A stretch of 63,725 nt of DNA, counting the filler, from Octopus bimaculoides (lineage: Eukaryota): assembly GCF_001194135.2 (NCBI RefSeq). It is 6 parts of 5 records of this genome, joined end to end, with 100 filler letters (N's around TTAATTAATTAA, not from the genome) between each part and the next. Parts side by side here need not be neighbours in the genome. Positions count along the whole stretch, not along the records: positions 1 to 26,209 come from NC_068981.1; 5 more parts are not named here. The stretch is one strand, 5' to 3'. The position numbers and the translations under genes were made by a program. Shown here piece after piece: positions 14,183-26,309 of the stretch. The notes beneath the pieces are model-generated. The model was not told the DNA's origin, did not search any database, and saw nothing but the letters and a program-made list of their open reading frames with translations. How positions within the stretch are numbered: the stretch's first letter is position 1; the number at the start of each line of letters is the position of its first letter.

Positions 14183-14849
14183 TATATTTATATAAAGAGA
14201 TAGAGAGTAAGTGAAGCCTTCCCCTTTTGAATTATGGTCTTGAGTACTATCTCATTTCGTGCCATCCTGGGCTTGGATTTTTACAATAAATGTACAGTCT
14301 TTCCTACGCTCTCCCATGCTCATTTCTGAAAGGTAGAAACACATATTACATTCTCGGCCACTTACGCTATATTTGAATGGGTTGGCATTTGAACGAATAA
14401 CATTGATAAATTTCTTTATTCGTCTCACAGGGCCAAACACAGAGGGGACAAAATGCAATGTAGAGCTTTTCTTTTCGAAACTGAAAACAAAAAATTCCGA
14501 TCAAAAAGGGACGTGTAAAAAAATGTGATCAAAATGGATTGTGTATCCCAGAGAATATCATAAACGTAAAAAACAATTTAGGTTTATTCGTAGAAAGAAA
14601 AGCTTACGGAAAAGTCCACGGTAACACATGAGAGCAAGGTGCTCTCTCTTTCTCTCTCTCTCTCTCTTCTTTTTTTCGATTTACAGGATCATGCTCAAAG
14701 TGGTTTCGTCATTCGTGCATACCATCTTTGCTACATTCACCCACCTTTTCTTGAAACTTTCACGAGACAAAACTTGCCTCTAACCTTCCTTCTCAAGTGG
14801 TACTTGAAAAAGTTGATGTGCGATTGGCCAGAGAGGAAAGTGCTTGTCT

Positions 14850-15110
14850 CTAAACCCGTGGAGCAGCCATGAGCTAACTGCCGCCTGCGATACTTTCTGA
14901 ATGGCACGTCTAATAAAATATTACCTGCAATTTTCTTATTAGTGCGGCCCGACTGGTGATGAACCATGTTTCATGTGGCTCGCTTCTCGAAGATGGTTTC
15001 CCCTGCCTACTCTATGAACAAAATTCAGCAGGATTATTGAGTAGTAAATTACTGAAATTAAAAGGAGGAAAGTCGTTAGAGGTAAATTTCAATAGAGTAG
15101 ACAAACACGA
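14850..15110. repeat. Local duplication, copy 2 (empty SINE site)
   Basis: Matches 11064-11290 and continues as aatagagtagacaa without the SINE. Confidence 0.9.
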
Positions 15111-15147
15111 CATAAGAAAATATCATAAATGTAAAAAACAGACCAAC

Positions 15148-15216
<69 letters not shown>

Positions 15217-15456
15217 CTGTATAGAAGCCCGTTCGATAATACTGCTACGCCTATAATAAAAATGGTGCAAGCTTATAACACATATTGTATTATGCTAATT
15301 CTACCTGACAATTTCTTCAAGCGTGCTAGTGGAATACTCAGCGTTTAAACGTTAATTCAAAAGCAGAATATTCAGTTCATAGAAAAACCGAATCCTTATC
15401 ATCGAACGACAGAGATTTCTGCCATCTCCATCTTTTACTTACATACACATCTTTGT

Positions 15457-15528
<72 letters not shown>

Positions 15529-15589
15529 TACAGACAGAGTAAGTGTCTGTGTGTGAAAACATAGATATAAACATTAATACATATAGGTA

Positions 15590-15800
15590 ATGATTTCAAA
15601 CTTTGGCACAAAGCCGGCTAGTCGGGGCAGTGAGTAAGTCGATTATATTGATAACAGTACTCAACTGGTTTCTATTTCATCGATCTCGAAAGAATGAAAA
15701 GTAAAGCCGACCACGATGGAATTTGAAATCACAGCCTAAAGATAGATGAAATGCCGCTAAGCATTCTGCGTGCTGACGATTCTGCAAACTCGCTGACTTA
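15590..15800 (-). mobile_element. SINE family 3
   Basis: ctttggcacaaagcc...gtcgattatattg...actggt...gatgaaatgccgctaagcatt...ctcgc. Confidence 0.7.
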
Positions 15801-16797
15801 ATGCATGATTGTAATAAGGGAAAGAAATGGAATCACACTGCTTTACTATCGATACTACACCGAGTGTCAACTTTCGAATATGCATATATGTGTATATGCA
15901 TGTGTGGTGCGTGTATGTATGCTTTTATACACATGCGATTATATATATATATATTGATGAAGGGTCGTTCTTTATGTTGTTTGTCTGAATTTCCATTTGT
16001 GTCTTTCGTTGTTCGAAAAAATAGTTCATATTGCATGTACTCGTACTTTGTATTTTTTGTTGTACACGTTTCATAACGATCTGTGCCCACATATGCATAT
16101 ATATATATATATACATACGTCTAGATGTAAGTATGTACATATACGTATGTATATATTCATATATANNNNNNNNNNNNNNNNNNNNNNNNNNNNNNNNNNN
16201 NNNNNNNNNNNNNNNNNNNNNNNNNNNNNNNNNNNNNNNNNNNNNNNNNNNNNNNNNNNNNNNNNNNNNNNNNNNNNNNNNNNNNNNNNNNNNNNNNNNN
16301 NNNNNNNNNNNNNNNNNNNNNNNNNNNNNNNNNNNNNNNNNNNNNNNNNNNNTATATTACTATACGATTGAACACCACCCATCCTCTTCCAAGTAAGTTT
16401 TATCTTAATTTTGATGCGCACTCTATACGATCATTTTACTCTTTCGTTTTTCTCTCTTTCTCTCTCTCATATTCTTTTACTTCCTCTTCTCCCACAATTC
16501 TATCCTATTATTCTGTCACTTTTTCTCCCTCGCTCCTCCTCCTCCTTTGCTCACGTGGCTCCCATGTGACCATCGGCCATTTTTGTTTCTCCTCCTTACT
16601 TATGTTTCTCTCTTTCTCTCCGTTGTAGTTGGAAGAGGGAAAACGTGCTGTTGTCTGTCTCCTGTCCAAGCTTGATTAACGCTTTCGCCATTACAACCTT
16701 GTTTAAGCTTAGCAGCCCTTCCTATTTGTTTTCACTGTCCTGTTTGTGTTACCAGTTTTGACACTCCGCAAAATCCCAAATCCTCCCGGATTGGCCA

Positions 16798-17101
16798 GAG
16801 AGGTACGTTAAAGGTACACGTGTCTGTGGAGTGTTCAGCCACTTGCATGTTAATTTCACGAGCAGGCTGTTCCGTTGATCAAATGGAACCCTCGACGTCG
16901 TAAGCGACGGGGTGCCAACACATACATACTATAAAAGGATATCGATAAATATCTGAAGAAATATCCAGTAACAATTTAGGATTGTTTATTTATAATCTCT
17001 TGATAGCCTTGATGAAATATTTTCCTGTAGTGGACATCTTCTATTTCAGACATAATATATCTAAAAGAGCATTATTCAACGTGTTTGTTTTATCTTTCAG
17101 T
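16798..17101 (+). repeat. 304-bp duplicate of 21432-21735 (SINE 3' half plus unique flank)
   Basis: Near-identical to 21432-21735, including ~180 bp of non-SINE flank; both copies end at ttttatctttcagt. Confidence 0.9.
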
Positions 17102-17542
17102 CGTGACACAAATATTAGACTGAGACCGACGCGTACGAGCCATCGCAGCAGCTGCCGCACTCTGCGCGCGGGTCGAGGGGTGCGGCGGCTTTACGCCCTT
17201 CGTTCTATTGAGCTTTATGAATATTACAAAATAGTTTGTTAATGTTTAACACACTTTAACATTGTACATTTTTTTAAAAATACAGTAATAAAAAATGTGA
17301 AAACCAGACCATGTTGTAACTATATTCAACTGATATATATATATCAACTCGTGTGTTCTTTTTTAACTTTATACATGCATACATGCATACATATATATAT
17401 AAGTGTGGTGAGAGAGTGAAAAACGAAGAAGGGAAATAACAATGAGTTTTAAAGCGACTGTGATAAATTGCCAGTGTGATAGCTTTTTTAGCGTTTTTAT
17501 ACGAATGTTACAGCATTACTAAAGTATATTTCAGACATTCTA

Positions 17543-17593
<51 letters not shown>

Positions 17594-18599
17594 TGGAGTA
17601 ATTATCAAAGGAGAATAGTGTTAGTGAGTGAGACAACATGTTTGTGTTTATTATTTATTTGTGTCCACTTTAAAAGGCTAGAGTGCAATCTTCTTGACAC
17701 GAAGGACTTCCTCGCTCACGCTTTGTTCCGTATACAGATTTGCCGCATACGTCTCTAAAAATACCTGTTTCTTAATCTGTCATTAGAGATAATGCTACGT
17801 ATTATCGCTGGTTATATCTCTCTTTTGTAAGAACTATGCAAAGCTACTCTTTTTTAGCATCCATTTGGAAATAATTAAAAACCAATATTATCTAGAGGAT
17901 GATTGGAATTAGTTTTTCCATCAACAGTTTTTGTAGGATAATACTATGTGAATAGGTGAGGTTTGGAATTGCCCATGTAGAAGAACACTTGATACGTGTT
18001 GTGTCTTAATATAAGAGAACCGGTTTCAGTCTCTAAAACAAAACAAATCACCCATTGGTCTAGGAAACCAATTTCCCGTACAAACGAATGACAATGAAAT
18101 GGAATCATTACTACCAAAGATGTAGTAGGTACTTCTGGATCTGAAGTACATCAAATGATAATTACGTTTTAAGTCTTGAGTCTGTTTATTCTGTTAAGAG
18201 AGGTTAATAACCACATTTCTAGCACTTGAGGTATTACTAACAACACATCAATAACATATAGTAAAAGGATTTCAGTAGCGTCTAGAACGCTTACTATGTT
18301 TGTGCAAGATGTATTTTATACACACGCAAGAAATATACACACGCAAGAAATAACGCTTGTATATTTACTTATTCTTTTCCTCTTCATTTCTTTTCAGTTA
18401 TTGGGACTACGATCATGCTGGAACTCTACTTCCAATATTTTAAGTTGTTTATATCGACCCCGTAACACTTATTTTATCGATCTCATCTTATGAAATAGGT
18501 TTTATTTGGCGTAAAGTGGTGCAATTACATCCAACATTTTTAACTATGCACATATATATTATATATAAGGATATATTGATAGAGAGAGAGAGAGGGTGG

Positions 18600-18630
<31 letters not shown>

Positions 18631-19074
18631 GAGAAAGAAAGAGAGAGAGAGAGAAAGAGAGAGATAGAAAGAGAGAGACAGACAAACAGTGATAGACAGA
18701 GAGAGATAGAGAGGCAAACAGAAAGGAGAGAAAGTGAGAAAGAGAGAGGGAGAGAGTTACAATTAAAAAGCACTTTTTTACATATACGTATCCTTATATA
18801 CATATGTATATATTTTCCTTGTCACGGTTATTGAACTGTAGCCATGCTAGACTACCACCATGAAAGACTAATCAGACGCAGAATGTGTGCCGTTAGCCAG
18901 CTGGAAGGGATATCTTCCTGGGGCCATAAACGTCAGTGTCACTGTCCCGTATAGGACGCCACACTTATTTGGCAATTATATTTTACCATTCCCTATTGCT
19001 ACTGTTTACATATCGCTCAGAGATTTAATATAACTTATTTCTCCAAGGGTCAAGTAAAACAAATCGAAATTTAT

Positions 19075-19825
19075 TCTTTTATTTGTTTCAGTCATTTGAC
19101 TCCGGCCATGCTGGAACACCGCCTTTAGTCGAACAAATCGACGCCGGGACTTATTCTTCGTAAGCCTAGTACTTATTCTATCGGTCTCTTTTGCCGAACC
19201 ACTAAGTTACGGGAACGTAAACACACAAGCATCAGTTGTGAAGCGACTGTAGGGGGACAAACACAGATTCACAAACACACACACATATACGACGGGCTTC
19301 TTTCAGTTTCCGTCTACCAAATCTACTCACAAGGCTTTGGTCGGCCAGAGGTTATAGTAGAAGACACTTGCCGAAGGTGCCAAGCAATGGGATTGAACCC
19401 AAGACCATGAAGCTGGTAAGCAAGCTACTTACCATACAGCCACTCCTGCGCCTATAGCTACTCCTGCACTACATATTTTTCTGTTTATGTCTGGTATTTA
19501 TTCTACCGATGTTTTGGACGGCGACGTAAACAAATCGACACCGCTTGTCAAGCTTTTGTGGGGACAAACACAAACACAATGACACGCACACACATAACAT
19601 ACATATATACGTACATGCATACATACATACATACATACATGCATACATACATGAACTTATATTTAGGATGGGCTTCTTTCATTTCTTGTGTACCAAATTC
19701 ACTCATAAGGTTTTGGTTGCTACAATACAACACAGGCGGTTAAGGGGCCACGCAGTGGGACTGAACCTGAAACAAGATAGTTCAGAAATAAATTTCTTAC
19801 CACACTGCTATGCATGCGCCTATTA
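19075..19825 (-). mobile_element. Two adjacent SINE family 2 copies (~19075-19455 and ~19500-19825)
   Basis: Same body as 57925-58345; the second copy is more diverged. Confidence 0.8.
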
Positions 19826-20489
19826 AAATATGAAGTATACTTTATAGATCGTAGACCAAAATATATTTGATTTGGTCACCACGGGCCAAAATGAAATTCC
19901 AAACACTCAGCCGTAACATGTGAGCCATGATATAGGCATACAGTAAGACTCACATGAAAATCAGCAGATTATTCAGAAACACACGAACACACACCAACAG
20001 ACAAACACACAAAGAATTAGAATTCAAAAGCATGCTCACATTGAGAGAAACTAAAATCCCTTACAATGTCTTTCTAAGAGTTACACCTGAATCACTCAAA
20101 CACAAAAGTTCATTAACACTAAAAGCGCCCTTTATTAGTTTTAACGATAAACAAGAGGGAATACAATTCCGTTTAAAAATAAAACGTATAAAAAGCATAT
20201 TTAACCTATCTTGGCAAACTACGTTAACAGATACATCTAGAACTAAAATGCACACTAAAAACACACCACATCATTAACTAACACAAGAAATATGAGCACC
20301 AAATTGTAAAATTAAACTAATTAAGAAGTAGCAAAATAAAAGCCAGTCAACAAATACAAACCAGTCAACAAATACAAACCAGTGAACAATTGTCGGTGCT
20401 CCAGTATGGCCACAGTCTTAGGGCTGGAACGTATAAAACATTTAAAACAAAATGATAAACAAAGAATTTTTCACTTGATCGGAGTAATA

Positions 20490-20521
<32 letters not shown>

Positions 20522-21179
20522 TGTGTGCGTCCGTGTGTTATATATGTAAATATATTGTAATCTGCTTGTTTGTTCATACATTATACATTAATTAGTTAGA
20601 GGGGTGGAGATGGAGAGAGTGAGAGGTAGAGTAAAAGTGACAGAGGGGGAGTGGAAGTAGTGACGAGAGGCAGAAGTAGGGACACATTTTGTATTAATGC
20701 GCTATAAGGCCAAATTCGTCATGTGGTTAGTTGAAGGAAGAGGCGAAGAGCCTGAGAAAAGACTGTGAGAGAAAAGGAGGAGGGAGAAGTGTTAACGACG
20801 TGCTGTAGAGTGGGGATATAGTCTACTATGCCAGGGCATATATGTGTGTGTGTGTGTATGTGTGTATGTGTGTGTGTGTGTGTGTGCGTGTGTGTGTGTA
20901 TGTGTGTGTGTGTGTGTACGCACGCGTGGGTGTGCGGATGTGTACTAAAATTGCGATCTAATAAATTTAACTCACAAGATCTAACCATACTGCAGAAAAT
21001 AATCACTCAAGTTACCATGCACTAGGCTGGAACATGGAAGCACAAAGATGCGAAACGAACTTCTTCACCACATACGCATGCCTTACTTCGTTTTGTTTCA
21101 CAATAACAAAAGGACATAAATATGAAGAACAAAAACGCTAATTATAATATATATATATATATATATTATACTATAAAGT

Positions 21180-21551
21180 GGAGGCGCAATGGCCGAGTGG
21201 TTAGGGTAGCGGACTCGCGGACATAGGATCGCGATTTCGATTCCCAGACTGGGCGTTGTGATTATTTATTGAGCGAAAACACCTAAAGCTCCACGAGGCT
21301 CCAGCAGGGGATGGTGGCGAACCCTACTGTACTCTTTCACCACAACTTTCTCTCACTCTTTCTTCCTGTTTCTGTTGTGCCTGTATTTCAAAGGGCCAGC
21401 CTTGTCACACTGTGTCACGCTGAATATCCCCGAGAACTACGTTAAGGGTACACGTGTCTGTGGAGTGTTCAGCCACTTGCATGTTAATTTCACGAGCAGG
21501 CTGTTCCGTTGATCAAATGGAACCCTCGACGTCGTAAGCGACGGAGTGCCA
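21180..21551 (+). mobile_element. Full-length SINE family 1 with TSD ATACTATAAA
   Basis: TSD at 21168-21177 and 21560-21569; head ggaggcgcaatggccgagtggttagggtagcggactcgcg. Confidence 0.9.
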
Positions 21552-22399
21552 ACACATACATACTATAAAAGGATATCGATAAATATCTGAAGAAATATCC
21601 TGTAACGATTTAGGATTGTTTATTTATAATCTCTTGATAGCCTTGATGAAATATTTTCCTGTAGTGGACATCTTTTATTTCAGACATAATATATCTAAAA
21701 AAGCATTATTCGACGTGTTTGTTTTATCTTTCAGTTTGTGAGATTTGATTAGAGGATAATTTCGCTGTTGGCATTGTTGAGATCTCAACTCTCTTCGGAA
21801 TAAATTGTGAATACCATCTCAACGTGACTCGTGAAATATGATACATACCAACAATACAATTCCTTCTTCTGCTTCGGCCCAGCAAATCAACAAAAGGCCA
21901 TAGAATGGATGCCAAACGCTTTAATGATTCACGTTTCAAAAGGAAACAAAAGGTGCGTAAAAGAACATTAATTGCCGCACTATTCACACCTCCGTTGATT
22001 TCTGAGATAAATATGTTTTTGGGAATATACATTGACTAATATTATATAAGCTAGAAAGGGCACGATTTCTCATCAAATACTTTATTGCATCTTTTTATAC
22101 AATTTTACTATTTCTTAAGCTTGGAATATTCTGCTGCATTGAAGGGGAAAGAAATTAATGAGAATGTACTTTTTAGATTGACAATCAGTTTGGCTGAGAT
22201 TACATTTTGTACACATTAAGGTAACAATTAATTACACATAGATATATACGCATAAATTCATCTATATATGAATATATAGTCATATACACACGAAACGCAT
22301 ATACCTACCTACCTATATATATATATATATATATACATATATAGGCAGGTAGGTTTTGTATGTGATTATACATGTGTGTATATATATATTTTTTTTACC

Positions 22400-23120
22400 G
22401 TTTACTCGATTTAGTCATTAGACTGTGGCCATGCTGGGTCAACTTGCAGAATGAATCAACGATCCCACTGCGTCTTTTAAACCTGGTATTTATTCTATAA
22501 ATCTCTTTTGCCGAAGTGCTAAGTTATGGGGACGTAAACATACCAACATGTTTCAGCATGACCGCAGTCAAATGGCTGAAGAGAATATATGTATTGGTGA
22601 CATTTATAAACCAATTTATAAACTTTCAATTGAAAGTGGAAAAACTCATATAAAGTACATATACAGAGCTATAAATAAAGATCTCAAACTTTGGTACATG
22701 ACCAGCAGTTTCAGAAGGGTTATGTCGATTACATCGACCCAAATGTTCCACTGATCCTTATTTTATGGTCCCCGAAATGATGAAAAGCAAAATCGACTCC
22801 CTCAGCATTTGAACTCAGAATGCGAAGATGGACGAAATACCGCTAAGTATTTTGCCCCGTTAACTAACGATTCTGCCAGCTCGCCGTCTTTTACAGCGCT
22901 ATAAATAATTATTGAAAATTTTTGCTATGAGGGCAGCTGGTTGGGATGAGTCGATTACATCGACCCCAGTGTTCAACTGGTACTTATTTTATCGACTCCG
23001 AAAGGATGAAAGGCAAAGACGTCCTCGGCGAAATTTGAACAAACAGCATAGCGACGGACGACATACCGCTTAGCATTTCGAAAGGTGGGCTAACGATTCT
23101 GCCAGCTCACCACCTTTTAC
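22400..23120 (-). mobile_element. Cluster of one SINE family 2 fragment and two SINE family 3 copies
   Basis: The recurrent blocks gactgtggccatgctgg and gtcgattacatcgaccc...gacggacgaaataccgctaag. Confidence 0.7.
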
Positions 23121-23289
23121 AGAGTTATAAATAATAGCATGTAAAGAAAGGGTTGAAAAATTCTGGTTATGCTATTATAGTTTTATATTGAATTCGAGAA
23201 CGAATTCTAAAAAACAATAAAAGAATTTACATGTAAAATTATATATAGCAGAGTGCTTCAAAAGTCTTTCATAACTATTAATGGGCTAA

Positions 23290-23500
23290 CAGCAGGCCAT
23301 TTGAGCTTATTTGATCTTTTTAATGGACCTCTCGTCCCACCCCTTCTCTCTATGTATCGCCGTCACCACGGACTACCTTACCACTCTCCTGCCACCAGCC
23401 TCCACCCTCCTACTACATTTACTACCTCTCGCCACATGTTATGGTTTCCAGGAAGCTTGTCTATTTCCCTGCTGCTCATACTTCCAACTGCGCGGTACAA
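23290..23500 (+). mobile_element. Highly degenerate LINE 3' ORF fragment (CR1/Jockey-like)
   Basis: LLSMYRRHHGL resembles the post-RT motif LCLFYRYYHG; same type as 38560-38870. Confidence 0.35.
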
Positions 23501-24322
23501 CATGTGAAGATGAACAGAGGATATTCGGACGAATTAAAAGGATTAACGCTAAATTGAACTATTTTAAGGAATGCTGAATATCTGTTTTGCTAATGATATT
23601 TCTCTGAAAACTATAAATTATTATGTGTGCGTGTGTGTGAGTGAGTCTGAGTGCAGGTACGTGATTGCTTATGTGGAAGATTATAAGATATTCACAATAA
23701 AATTTTCAAAGATGGTATTAAAATCATAAGAATACAAAATTTTGAGTGAATAAAGAACAAAACAGCTTTATATGTATATATATGTGCGGGGGGGGGGTGT
23801 AACTGAAAAGATTGGAGTCAACAAGACGCATTTGGACATTTATTTTTTAACCACTACAATCCTTTCCACGCAGTGTAGTTCTCAAGGAGCGCAGGTACTT
23901 GCTAATGCAACTGTTTCCCTGCATTATGAGATCTAGTTATGTTTCTTCAGGCAACATATAAATATCGTCTTTGTAAGTTTAAAATCCTCGGCTTCAAGGG
24001 CATTTTCTCTATCTGTCGTGGCATGAATTTAGTAGTAGTGACTGAGCTTATCAGGGTGTGTTGTTGCTGAGAGACCGTTGCTAAACTGCTTTCAATGTGT
24101 AGACGTAGTGGAATAGTGATTCTTGTACTGTTAAAGTTGTTAGTGTTTTAAAGGCATTGGCATTGTATTTCGTTGTACTGCTGATTTGATCTACATGATT
24201 GGTTACTTATGCGATTTCCATTAGCTGATCTTTAAGATTCAACGCTCGGACACATATGCACATACACATCCACCCACACACAAATACATACATACACAAA
24301 TGTATATAATAATAATAATAAC

Positions 24323-24368
<46 letters not shown>

Positions 24369-24522
24369 GAAGTGACAACAAAAGAATGAGACCTGGTATT
24401 AGGTAGATAGACGATTATTCATATATGTGTAGCTTAGGACAAACAGTAAGTTATCATAATAGTAGTCGGAGTTTCAAATGACGGAGCTAAGAGCTACGAT
24501 GTACCAGTTACGCACTGGGGTC

Positions 24523-24563
<41 letters not shown>

Positions 24564-24619
24564 AATTTAAATGTATTTTGAATGAACTCTTGAATCTTGT
24601 ACACCTTATTAATATTGGT

Positions 24620-25055
24620 TTCAAATTTTGTCACAAGGCCAGCAATTTCGGGGGAGGGGCTAAATCGATTAGATCGACCCCAGTGCTCGATTGTTACTTA
24701 TTTGTATCGACCCCCCCCCCCCNNNNNNNNNNNNNNNNNNNNNCCCCCCCCAAGAAGGTAAAAGTCGGCCTCTACGGAATTTGTACCAAGAACAGACAAA
24801 ATTTCGCTAAGACAGAGAAGACGGTCGAAATGCCACTAAGCATTTTGCCCAACATACTAACAATTCTGCCCTCTCAACGCCTGATTTCCAATTTTGGTAC
24901 AAGGCTAGCAATTTCGGAGCAAGGGTAAATTGATTACATCATCTCGAGTGCTTAACTAGTACTTAATTTATCGATCACGAAAGAATAAAAGGCAGAATTT
25001 GAACTCAGAACGAAAGACGGACGAAATGCTAAAAATTTTGTCCAGCGCGAAAACT
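24620..25055 (-). mobile_element. Two tandem SINE family 3 copies
   Basis: aattttgtcacaaggccagcaatttcgggggaggggc... and aattttggtacaaggctagcaatttcgg... Confidence 0.75.
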
Positions 25056-26309
25056 ATACTTTTATCTTTGTAAATATTAAAATTATTGGGCAGTTTCGAA
25101 ATTCTGTTGTTCACAGCCTATATACAAAGCTAACTGGTGGCGTTTTGCCCCATGAAATGATAATCTAACGCGACATATTTCAACATGTTAATGTGAATAT
25201 CGTCTTATATTGACTTATATTGACATATGTATGTATATATTTACATTTGAAAAGATTTATTATCATGATGAAGTTGCATGTACAATTTTCCTTGAGGGAA
25301 TCACTTAGAAACAATAATCGTACTTTTATATCAATCTATTCACACTTCAAATCAATAGGCCAACATGACTTTTAGAAATCTACTTGCGTAAAGATAAATT
25401 ACATATTTACTGCTGAGTTAGAATAATGTCTTACACTCACACAGAAAATTCCAAGAATTTTATATTTCCCGTCACATAACAGAGATAAATATCGCAATGT
25501 AAAAAACGGCTTTTGGCATTAAGTGCCCGATATAAATTAAATTCTGGTTATTCCTTTTTAAATGTGAATTACCGTCTGACAGGAATGGTAATATATACAC
25601 TTCTCGGAAATTATATATTGAAACATGCATATACCATTTATAACTTTTCTTCATCGGTAAGTATTTGGATGGGAGCAACGATATATTTCGTATCTTTTTA
25701 ACCAAATACATTATCATTTATTCGTATGTGTTATAAGGTGTTGCTTATTTACCTTCATGTCAGCGTTTCTCGAGCAAAAGCATTTAGGCCCACAGTCATC
25801 TCGTTATTTTGATATCTATTGTCAGACAAATGGTGGAGTCGTGAATTGGGAATACTTACTGCGTCGAAACAAAATAAGAATCAGTGAGTTGTTCCGTTTC
25901 TTTAAGATCGTTCGAAGCTCAAATCCTACAACGACCAACTTTGTTTTCCTCCACAGCAGCGTAACGTAACAAAGCTTCTCTTAGAGGACGAGGTAAATAT
26001 AATCTCATAAACCACAGGCTTTATGCCTATGTTAAAAACAATGATGTCATACAAGATGTAAATATTTGTAACACAGTGGCATAACATTTAACTGATTTTT
26101 CTAATAAGTCATTCGACAGCACAGATGCTTCCTTATTCATTTAGATGTTTCATGTATATATGAGTGCGTGTGTATATATGTATGTATATATATATATATA
26201 TATATATATNNNNNNNNNNNNNNNNNNNNNNNNNNNNNNNNNNNNNNNNNNNNTTAATTAATTAANNNNNNNNNNNNNNNNNNNNNNNNNNNNNNNNNNN
26301 NNNNNNNNN

